From IMG/VR virus record IMGVR_UViG_3300011102_000438: 64,000 bases of DNA; one strand, written 5' to 3'. Under the pieces are notes generated by a model that worked only from the letters and a program-made list of their open reading frames with translations, was not told where the DNA came from and did no database searches. Both the position numbers and the translations under genes were made by a program. The DNA is from a virus. Positions 38,323-46,515 of this stretch are shown in pieces (the first letter of the stretch is position 1; every line of letters starts with the position of its first letter).

Positions 38323-39193
38323 GTTGTAATAACCTTTCAAAGTGAGGTCTTCTACAACGCTGTGGAAGGCTGGACAAGGCAATTAGCAGTTGTAACAACC
38401 TTTCAAAGTGTGGTCTTTTACAACTCCTTTTAGATATACCAATGATTCTGGCACGTTGTATCAACCTTTCAAAGTGAGGTCGCCTACAACTAGTCGAGCG
38501 TGTTCCATATTTCATTTCGTTGTATCAACCTTTCAAAGTGAGGTGTGATACACCGCTGTGGAAGGCTGGACAAGGCAATTAGCAGTTGTAATAACCTTTC
38601 AAAGTGAGGTTGCCTACTACGTATAAGGTGAAAGAAACTTCTGCTGTGCCGTTGTATCAACCTTTCAAATTGAGGTGTGATACACCAAGTCCATTATTCC
38701 TTCCCAGTCTGTGCCAGTTGTATCAACCTTTCAAATTGTGGTCTTCTACAACGTGTTGCTTATGGTGTAACACCCTTCCAATGTTGTATCAACCTTTCAA
38801 ATTGTGGTCTTCTACAACAGGCCTGAAAGCAGCTAACCAACGTTGTTTGTTGTAACAACCTTTCAAATTGTGGTCTTCTACAACCTGTGATAGAATCGGA
38901 AAAAAAATCGCGATGTTGTAACAACCTTTCAAATTGTGGCCTTCTACAACTTACAAACTATAATGGTTGTATTTTGCGATGTTGTAATAACCTTTCAAAT
39001 TGAGGTGTGATACAGCTGTGGAAGGCTGGAATTTGAAGGCTTACTACACCAACAACCTTTCAAATTGAGGTGTGATATACCCTATGATCTTCTGGTATTA
39101 CGTGAGTTATTGTTGTAACAACCTTTCAAATTGTGGTCGCCTACAACGAGGTGTGATACACCGATCTACGTGAATGGGTTGTAACAACCTTTC
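38323..39193 (-). CRISPR. CRISPR array: 13 repeats of 36 nt plus a partial 14th; 13 spacers of 28-30 nt
   Basis: Plus-strand consensus GTTGTAWYAACCTTTCAAAKTGWGGT.....TACAAC at 38323, 38389, 38455, 38519, 38585, 38651, 38717, 38783, 38849, 38915, 38981, 39046 (degenerate), 39112, 39178 (16 nt). Orientation inferred from the adjacent gene and the conserved repeat half. Confidence 0.95.
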
Positions 39194-39273
39194 CCAATAA
39201 AAAAGAATGAAAGATTTTCAGGAGTGGCAATTACACCCTCCTGCTACGGACGTACAACCGCCCTCCAATGATG
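39178..39273 (-). ncRNA. Putative guide-RNA scaffold (tracrRNA/omegaRNA-like) fused to the first repeat half
   Basis: Minus strand: GGTTGTAC...CAGGAG-loop-CTCCTG...CTTTC-loop-GAAAGGTTGTTACAAC followed directly by a spacer. Confidence 0.6.
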
Positions 39274-40371
39274 TTAAAGAACTTCCACCTCTATGCCGAA
39301 TAGAGAGGCTTTATATTTAATTTTATCTGAGAGATTGAAGTAACTCCACGAAGATAATAAAAATTTGGATTCTTCAGTCTCTTCATGGGTTTTTTCTTGG
39401 GCTTCAGTAAAATTGTTTAACACAATCTTACCTATGCCATGTTTAATGCAGTAGTTAATGAGTTCACGACTATACACGTGCATTCGTGTGTTGACAAAAT
39501 TCTTTTCCCATTTTTCAAACCTATCCAAGGCTTGAAGTTTCAGCTTCCTGCCATCACGCTGTGGGTTATATTTAAGCGCCTTTTGCTTTCGCCTTAGGGC
39601 TTCTTTGATAGCCCTTCGGCGATACAAATACTCTTCCTTTGTGCCGATCGTATACATTTTGTCCTTCTCCTTAATGACAATAGGATACTCAATGCTTAAA
39701 TAACAGTCAGCAGCTTTTTCTTTGTCCAGTTTGATCTCCTGTTTTTCAAATGAGAAAACTGCATTTAAAAATATCTTACCCTTTTTATCAAAAAAAATAC
39801 TGGAGTCGCAAAACTTGTACTGTCCTGCGAACGCCCTATCTATAATATTTTCGTTGGCAGATTTATCTCTGCCAAAGTGTGTGCGGAAATTAGTGCCGTA
39901 CACACTGAACGCATAATTACCGTCCTCTAATTTGTGCCAGTTCGCTGTGTCGCGGAAGCGGACGGGCAAAGGTATATCGTCACGGTATGAACGTAGCGTG
40001 CGTTTGCCGGCCCACACATCTTTACTTTCTTTTTTATAAGTCTTGGCTATGACCATGTTCAATCCGCTCATCATACCCATTGGCACTTCGCCTTTAAATT
40101 TCTTGCTCAACACCTGATAGGTGCTATTGGCAGCACTGGTATTGAGCATGCCAAATTCGTCTTCCGATGCTTTTGCTAATTTATACTTAATGTCTTCTGT
40201 AAGATAAAATAATTCCTTGATGTTGTCCTGCAGGTATTGGTGGACAACGATCATATTAGCGGCCTTGCGTACAATGGTACGCCACGTGCGCCATTTCTTG
40301 TATAGTTCATTAAGTTCCCTTTTGTCCTTCGTATCGAAGAACAATTGGATTTTTCTGGTTATTGTTGGCAT
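39274..40371 (-). CDS. Nuclease-dead Cas12f/TnpB-like RNA-guided DNA-binding protein
   Basis: TITRKIQL N-terminus, TLRSYRDDIPLP, FGRDKS and WSYFNLSDKIKYKA are Cas12f-like. RuvC-I reads CYLS instead of VDLG, RuvC-II reads LNNF instead of LEDL, and the protein ends before the zinc finger/RuvC-III. Confidence 0.8.
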   Translation of the reverse strand: MPTITRKIQLFFDTKDKRELNELYKKWRTWRTIVRKAANMIVVHQYLQDNIKELFYLTEDIKYKLAKASEDEFGMLNTSAANSTYQVLSKKFKGEVPMGMMSGLNMVIAKTYKKESKDVWAGKRTLRSYRDDIPLPVRFRDTANWHKLEDGNYAFSVYGTNFRTHFGRDKSANENIIDRAFAGQYKFCDSSIFFDKKGKIFLNAVFSFEKQEIKLDKEKAADCYLSIEYPIVIKEKDKMYTIGTKEEYLYRRRAIKEALRRKQKALKYNPQRDGRKLKLQALDRFEKWEKNFVNTRMHVYSRELINYCIKHGIGKIVLNNFTEAQEKTHEETEESKFLLSSWSYFNLSDKIKYKASLFGIEVEVL

Positions 40372-40428
40372 CGTTACTATTGCTTTTCAAATTCTTTTAT
40401 TGCCGCTGTAAATATTTATGTGCTCTTT

Positions 40429-40890
40429 TTAATATATTAATTCCTTCGTAGACCCTTCAATCAGCACCAAGTGACTGAAGGATACATCGTATCTTCCTAT
40501 CTCAAACGTCCATCCAAATTTGGATGTCTCCCAACTATCCTCATAGAGATTCCTTCTGTTGTAGGGGCCGCTCACCCAAAATATTAAATCATATTCCTCC
40601 GCTTTTCCCGTACCAAAACGGGAAAGACCTCTTTGCCAACGAGTAAGAAGCCCATTGCAAGTACCCCCCAAATTGATTAGCTTTTTATACTGTTCAAAGG
40701 ATACTTTTATATAAAAGTATTTTTCATTATTTAAATCCCGAATATCCGGATGATTGGGATTTTTAGTATAGGCTTCCCCGCAAGGATAGCCTTTGTCATT
40801 TTTTAAGGTGTAGCACCAACACTGGCACAGTTCGGATGTTATCCCCTGTTCTTTTAGGGTATTAGTTAATTGATTTAATATTTTTTTCAT
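40429..40890 (-). CDS. Hypothetical protein upstream of the dCas12f gene
   Basis: 153 aa ORF, same strand. Confidence 0.6.
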   Translation of the reverse strand: MKKILNQLTNTLKEQGITSELCQCWCYTLKNDKGYPCGEAYTKNPNHPDIRDLNNEKYFYIKVSFEQYKKLINLGGTCNGLLTRWQRGLSRFGTGKAEEYDLIFWVSGPYNRRNLYEDSWETSKFGWTFEIGRYDVSFSHLVLIEGSTKELIY

Positions 40891-40975
40891 GTTTTAGGTT
40901 TGGGTTTTCAGTGTCAATGTATTTGTTGCATTCTTCTACCAAACGCGTGCGCAAATACATCAGTTGGCAGCAATA

Positions 40976-41197
40976 CTAAAGCTGCTCAATATCTGACAAA
41001 GCTTTTTTAATTCTCGGAATGTTCAACTCAATATCATAAAGCTCGGTAATACAACCGTGAACAATATCAAGTTCTTTATCGGCTTTGTCTGCCTCATCCA
41101 CTAATTGATAGATTAGTGTTCCAAGCTCTTTACCAAGTCTTTCTTTTAGGTTTTCGTAATCTCTCGTGTTTCTGATTTTTGCAATTAGTTTATCCAT
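40976..41197 (-). CDS. Small helical protein in a cassette-like unit
   Basis: MDKLIAKIRN...; flanked by 15-bp inverted repeats. Confidence 0.55.
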   Translation of the reverse strand: MDKLIAKIRNTRDYENLKERLGKELGTLIYQLVDEADKADKELDIVHGCITELYDIELNIPRIKKALSDIEQL

Positions 41198-41271
41198 TTT
41201 CGTAAAAGTAATGCTGCCAACATTCGTTTGCCGCAAGTGGGGGTGACAGCGTTAAACCCAAGTGCAGTTTT

Positions 41272-41481
41272 TCAATTAAACTTCGGTGGTAGTTGATAGT
41301 TTAGTGCTTCGATTGCCTCACCTGACGGCAAGCGAAAACACGGTGCCGGGTGTGATTCCCGAATTTGGGAGTCTGTCGCACGGGAGCCAGCAAAAGGGCC
41401 AGCGCAGATAGAAGCTACCTGATCCAATTCGAGCGCGGCGCCCGAATTAAGGATAACTGTGTTATCGATTATGCGTGCCAT
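41272..41481 (-). pseudogene. Truncated paralog of 35935-36438
   Basis: First ~42 aa align (ALELDQVASIC...RATDSQIRE), then unrelated sequence. Confidence 0.55.
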
Positions 41482-41499
41482 GATTTTAAGTTTTTGAGG

Positions 41500-41757
41500 T
41501 TAAAAATTTAATTCACGAGCTATGTTATGTGCCATGTAGGCGTGATGCCCATTGCCGTACTCCTTTCTAAATTGTTTAAAAACTTTTGAAGGAATTTCAA
41601 TGAATTCAGCATCCCTGTACTTGTCTTGAACCAATGTGCTCTTGCGGGCTTGTTCAAGTAATGCATTTTCAATAGGAGAAATGGAAGCGGGATCGTAGTG
41701 AACAATGTAGTAGAATTTCAATCCCTTGCTTTCTATTTTTGCCAGATACTGTTTCAT
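41500..41757 (-). CDS. Hypothetical protein
   Basis: 85 aa; first gene after a minus-strand promoter. Confidence 0.6.
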   Translation of the reverse strand: MKQYLAKIESKGLKFYYIVHYDPASISPIENALLEQARKSTLVQDKYRDAEFIEIPSKVFKQFRKEYGNGHHAYMAHNIARELNF

Positions 41758-41786
41758 AATAGTTTTTTTTGTTTATTAATGATATA

Positions 41787-41866
41787 ACAAAGATAGTATA
41801 ATTTTTTATACCGTACAAATTTTTATACATAAATTTTTATACAGAAATTTTCACACAGAAATTTTT
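41787..41866 (-). promoter_or_regulatory. Minus-strand Bacteroidota promoter with repeated AAATTTTTATAC boxes
   Basis: Minus strand TATCTTTG (TAnnTTTG); near-duplicate at about 42786-42835. Confidence 0.6.
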
Positions 41867-41882
41867 AAAGAATTTATTTAAA

Positions 41883-42107
41883 TTAATTCCATTTTATTTT
41901 TAGCTGACCGTCCAGCACCTGCATGGCACGTATGTACGTGTCTATGTTTTTTACCCGTCCTTGTTCGAGTGCAGGTATGCGTGTGCGCTGCAGGTTAATC
42001 TGATCGGCAAGCGCAATGGTGGTAATACCTTTTTGAATCCTGCGTTCGCGAATTGCTGCAGCCAATTGTTTGCGTATAATTGTTTCAGTTATTTTTTTTG
42101 TTTTCAT
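41883..42107 (-). CDS. XRE-family HTH regulator
   Basis: IRERRIQKGITTIALADQINLQRTRIPALEQG; start moved to ATG 42107. Confidence 0.75.
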   Translation of the reverse strand: MKTKKITETIIRKQLAAAIRERRIQKGITTIALADQINLQRTRIPALEQGRVKNIDTYIRAMQVLDGQLKIKWN

Positions 42108-42270
42108 AACTAAATATTTAATAAATGCCCAGCCCGTGAACGGGCCGGGGCGAACCATAGGAAACCTCTTACCGAAACCTAAGGTTAGTATCGTCCTTCG
42201 TTTATGTTGTGTAGGATTGTATGTTGCGAAGTTTAAGTAGAATTAAGGGAAGGGGCCGAAGCCCCCTTAT

Positions 42271-42747
42271 TTATTCAGCTTCTCGTTGTGCCAGCGCCTC
42301 TTCCGCCTCTTCACGGGTGTCCCAGTAGTCTGTGTCGCGCTGATCATCGGGAAGAAAGTCGTAATCGTAGATACGGTTAAACAGCGCGTCTTCTGCATCT
42401 TCTTCGGTTTTGAACCAATCAATTATTACGAAATTCTGTCCGTTATTAATCCATTGTATGAGTTGCCATGCGACGACGTCATCATGAGCATAAACGTATT
42501 CATCCTGTTCCGCTTCATCGAGGCCCTTGTATGTATCTTCATTGATTAAACGACCTGTCTCTTCGTGTTTATAGAATTCGCCAAATTGCTCTCTAATAAA
42601 GAGAACTGGCCCATTGCCGTTGCGCGTGGTCGTCCACTCGGCAGATTTCATTACATGATCGTAGAGAGTGGTTTCGACCACCTCTCCCTTTTCGATGATA
42701 AAAACGGTAGTGTTGCGTGCTTGTTGAGCGGATAATGTGTGTGTCAT
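42271..42747 (-). CDS. Highly acidic hypothetical protein
   Basis: 158 aa, D/E-rich. Confidence 0.65.
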   Translation of the reverse strand: MTHTLSAQQARNTTVFIIEKGEVVETTLYDHVMKSAEWTTTRNGNGPVLFIREQFGEFYKHEETGRLINEDTYKGLDEAEQDEYVYAHDDVVAWQLIQWINNGQNFVIIDWFKTEEDAEDALFNRIYDYDFLPDDQRDTDYWDTREEAEEALAQREAE

Positions 42748-43099
42748 TTGTAAGAGGTTTTTTGTTTATAATTTCGTTTACGAGTGTAAAGATAGTACAA
42801 ATTTCTATACGTATAAATTTTTATACAGAAATTTTAGAACTCTTGATCCTGATCAATTCCGCTTTAGCAGCTCCCATCCTGTACGCCCCGGCAGACCGTC
42901 GCCGGGGCTTTTTTATTTTAGTAGCTTTGTCCCAACTGGTATATAGTTACCTAAATTTTTGTACCTTCATTAAGTAAAAAAGGAATAGCAGCATACTATT
43001 CCTTTTTACAATAAGTTGTTCCTTAAGGCGTTAATTATTTTTTAGGCATAGGCAAAGATAGCAACTTTCATCTATTCCTTAAGAATCAATAATTCCTCA

Positions 43100-43486
43100 A
43101 TGCTTCTGAACAACTACGCTCGGTATCAAACCGGCCTTACCATGAACGGGCTTTTCCCGCGAAGGGACGGTGTCTGCGCCTGCGGATGTAATAAAGAGCT
43201 TCCCAACATCAAAAGAAAATGGTATTCGGATGAATGTCGCGATTATGCATACATATATTTTTCTATTATCAAAGGCGACATGGCTATAATCCGAGAAATG
43301 CTTTTTGCAATTGATCAAGGTGCCTGCCGTAGGTGCGGTGTAATTACCGAAGATTGGCAGGCAGATCATATTGTGCCGGTATTTATGGGCGGCGGCGCTT
43401 GCGACATTTCAAATTTTCAAACTCTTTGTCTGGATTGCCACAAGGAAAAAACCAGCAAGGTCATAGGCGTTCCCACCATAATGTGA
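43100..43486 (+). CDS. HNH endonuclease
   Basis: CRRC...QADHIVP...GG...NFQTLCLDCHKEK. Confidence 0.85.
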   Translation: MLLNNYARYQTGLTMNGLFPRRDGVCACGCNKELPNIKRKWYSDECRDYAYIYFSIIKGDMAIIREMLFAIDQGACRRCGVITEDWQADHIVPVFMGGGACDISNFQTLCLDCHKEKTSKVIGVPTIM

Positions 43487-43587
43487 TTTCTTCACAAGCA
43501 TCTTCAACCCTCTTTAAAATCCTTTTCATTGCCAAGCAACCCCCGACACACCCATCCTGTCGGGGATTTTTGTTACCTTCCGGCTCC

Positions 43588-43785
43588 ATAACTCAAATAA
43601 AAACTCAAATAAAAATTCGCAAAAACATCTCGTTCACCAAAATAACCATTGTTGTTAATCAATGTATTAAGTTGGCAGAAACGCCAAAACGGGAATCCAG
43701 TCTTCCCGACTGATTATCTTATCTGCATTGATTAACAGGGCATTGCGAGTTGTTTAGCGATAACTCAAACAAAAACTCAAACAAA
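43588..43785. other. Putative attP site with core resembling a tRNA-Pro 3' end
   Basis: Core GAATCCAGTCTTCCCGACT (43693-43711); arm-type direct repeats AACTCAAA at 43588-43618 and 43760-43785; inverted GTTAATCAATG/CATTGATTAAC pair; adjacent to the integrase. Confidence 0.65.
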
Positions 43786-44951
43786 TGTCCCGGTTGATCT
43801 ACACAGATCCCAAGCTCTGCACGTATGGCGATGACCTCACGCGTGCATGGTTTGTATACTTCACTATCACCGATCCGGATACGAACGAAAAGGTGACGAA
43901 ACAGTTTCGCGGGGGCATCAACTACTACCACACAGTTGATGCCCGCAAACGCGAAGGGAAAGCGCTTGTTGCCTACTGGAAAAAAAGATTGCGTGAAGGT
44001 ACGTACTGCCCGTTTAAGAAAAAGCGTATGGGCTTTGCGGTTGTCCCCGATGATGTAACGGCGGCTGTTAAAAAGATTGTCGAAATCAAATCACGCGCAC
44101 TCCGCAGTTCCTCAAAAGAATCCTACAAAAAAATTTCCGAGCGTTTTTTGCGCTGGCTTGCCGACAACCGGCTGGCGACTGTTAAGTTGCATGCCTTCAC
44201 GCGTGAACATGCTCAGGCGTACCTGGATCACCTGCTGCTGGATATGAACTACAACGGAAAGACGCACAACAACCAGCGGTCCGTAATGCATGCCATCTTT
44301 GCGCAGATCGTCGAACGCTGGGAACACGCCATGCCGAAGAACCCGTTTTCTAAGATTCCGGAACTGCCGGAGGATGTAGGCAAGAATGTCGCGTATTCAG
44401 AAAGGGAAAAACACGTGCTCATTGAGTACTTTAAGCTGCACGATAAGCGCATGTACTATGCTGTGAACTTTATCTATCATGCGTACATCAGAAAAACGGA
44501 GTTGTGCGACATACAGGTGAGAGACATCGACTGGGTGAACAAAACGATACGCATTGCCAGCAGCACGGCGAAAAACCGCCTGCAGGATTCTGTTACGATA
44601 ACGGAAGGGCTGGAAAAAATCCTTCTGGAAATGGGATTGGATATGGCACCAGGGCATTACTATGTATTCGGCAAGCGCATGATGACCTGCGAGCAGCAAT
44701 GCACGCGACCCAGCGACATAAGCGACCGTCACCGGGCGCTGAAACTGGCAGCAGGATTACCCGATGATCCGGACAAGACGTTTTATAGCTGGAAGCATAC
44801 CGGTGTGGTAGACTATTATCAACAAATCAAAGACCCGTATGCTATCATGCGCCAGTGCCGGCACAGCGATATCAAGACGACTATGATCTATATGAAGTCT
44901 TTGGGATTAAACCCGAACGCGGAGTTCAGGCGGACGCTGATTCATCTGTAG
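43785..44951 (+). CDS. int: Tyrosine recombinase/integrase
   Basis: YIRKTEL (R), TAKN (K), YSWKHTG, RHSDIKTTMIY (H...Y). Confidence 0.9.
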   Translation: MSRLIYTDPKLCTYGDDLTRAWFVYFTITDPDTNEKVTKQFRGGINYYHTVDARKREGKALVAYWKKRLREGTYCPFKKKRMGFAVVPDDVTAAVKKIVEIKSRALRSSSKESYKKISERFLRWLADNRLATVKLHAFTREHAQAYLDHLLLDMNYNGKTHNNQRSVMHAIFAQIVERWEHAMPKNPFSKIPELPEDVGKNVAYSEREKHVLIEYFKLHDKRMYYAVNFIYHAYIRKTELCDIQVRDIDWVNKTIRIASSTAKNRLQDSVTITEGLEKILLEMGLDMAPGHYYVFGKRMMTCEQQCTRPSDISDRHRALKLAAGLPDDPDKTFYSWKHTGVVDYYQQIKDPYAIMRQCRHSDIKTTMIYMKSLGLNPNAEFRRTLIHL

Positions 44952-45434
44952 TTCAATCTGAATCAATTTATCCACTCCTCGTAATGGTTTTATTTATTTT
45001 GCCGAATTATATTTTTTTCGGGCATTCGAATGAATTAAATTAGTAATCCTCTCCAAAAAGGCGTGCTGCAACCGACCGTAACCTGATCCTGAATTATGAA
45101 ACTCCTAAATTGAAACTGTCATGCGTATGTTATTTGTTCATTCCAATTGCTCGCCTCCCCGAATTTTCTTTTGCTACCTACAGCGCGCCGGCACGGCGTG
45201 GTAAGTAGTCGCGGTTTGTAAGGTGCGCCCGTACCTGATCCCTGCGGTGAACGTCGCGCCTTTTTTGTGCTGACAGGAATTACCTCCGAACCCGGATTCG
45301 CATTTCACATTAAGGCCACTTCCTTAACCAACTTTATTTATTGATTTTTTCACCTATCGACCGGTGTATAAGGCGTCCCCGGTTGGTTAAACCGTATTGT
45401 GTTATGTTTTCAAAATCCGTTTGCAATGCCTGTA

Positions 45435-45989
45435 CTACTTGTCCACTGTTTTATGACTGCCCTTACCATGAGCTTGAAGAGTCTTTGCGGCTTCTAACGT
45501 GCGCGCTTCTCCAATTAGTTGATCTTCCGTTTTATTTTCCAGGCGGGCCAGCGCTCGTACAATTATCTCATGCCATGCCCGGTCATGAAGTGAAAGTGCG
45601 GTTAACAATTGCATCAGTGCCGTTAAGTTAGTTTCGATTACGCGCTGCAATACTTTCTTATCCTCGCGCAGTTCGGCTTTATCGCTTCGAAGATCAAAGA
45701 TTATCTGCTGCAAATCCTTGGATATTGATCCATTGGAGCCGTGGTTGTCCTCGTTTTGTCCATACTTTTCGCCTTCTGAATATAGGAGCCAGTCCTTATT
45801 GACATTATATGTCTTACAAACAGCGTCGGCGATTGATTCAGAAATGTTACGTTGTCCCGCCAATACTTTTGAAAGCAGCGAAGGGTCTACATTTATCGAC
45901 AGCGCAAATGCCCTGATACTCTTAGTCTTAGAGTCTTTCATAACTTCCTCAAGTCTCTGAACAATTGCTTTATGGTGGGTCATACTCAC
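45435..45989 (-). CDS. CI-like repressor (XRE HTH)
   Basis: SIRAFALSINVDPSLLSKVLAGQR...VNKDWLLYSEG; divergent from the cro-like gene. Confidence 0.8.
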   Translation of the reverse strand: MSMTHHKAIVQRLEEVMKDSKTKSIRAFALSINVDPSLLSKVLAGQRNISESIADAVCKTYNVNKDWLLYSEGEKYGQNEDNHGSNGSISKDLQQIIFDLRSDKAELREDKKVLQRVIETNLTALMQLLTALSLHDRAWHEIIVRALARLENKTEDQLIGEARTLEAAKTLQAHGKGSHKTVDK

Positions 45990-46019
45990 TTGACTTCGAT
46001 CAATTAAATAAACTGATTG

Positions 46020-46080
46020 AAAAATTTGTCCATAAAAATTTGGACAATGTCCTATTTTGTCCTAATATTGTCTTATCAAT
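46020..46080. promoter_or_regulatory. Lysis/lysogeny switch operators
   Basis: Repeated TGTCC/GGACA boxes between divergent HTH genes. Confidence 0.5.
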
Positions 46081-46101
46081 TACTGACCAAATATACAGAT
46101 A

Positions 46102-46332
46102 ATGAAATTAACAACAGAATGCCGTGATAAGCTGAAAGAGCATACCCGGGCGAAAACCAGGTTGGCCCTGTCCATGAACAAGTCAGTACACACAATAGAG
46201 TTATGGCTTACCAATAACAGTGATAATCTGACAAAAGCCGAATGCCTTCGAATTATTAGGGAGGAATTGGAGTTGTCAGACGATCAAATCCTTGAGGATA
46301 CACCAACCGAAGCAGTTAATAAGGAAGGGTGA
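46102..46332 (+). CDS. Cro-like HTH protein
   Basis: RLALSMNKSVHTIELWL; divergent from CI. Confidence 0.65.
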   Translation: MKLTTECRDKLKEHTRAKTRLALSMNKSVHTIELWLTNNSDNLTKAECLRIIREELELSDDQILEDTPTEAVNKEG

Positions 46333-46515
46333 GATCAGAGGCAAGCGCGGTAAAAATAATACCCAGTTACCGTAACTGCAATACCCTAACTCAAAAAATG
46401 TCTGAAACACATTTATCAAATAAAAATCCATCACAATGAAAACAAACGAAAAAATCGCAGCTACCCTTATTGCAGGCATTATACTATTAGCCTATAACAT
46501 AACCCTTTTCTTTTA

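Noticed and set aside
38687..38716. Spacer 6 partial self-matches (11-12 nt near 27007 and 62833)
   Set aside because: Too short; expected by chance in 64 kb
38203..38855. ORFs 38203-38433, 38249-38515 and 38604-38855
   Set aside because: They are read-throughs of CRISPR repeats (66-nt period), not plausible genes
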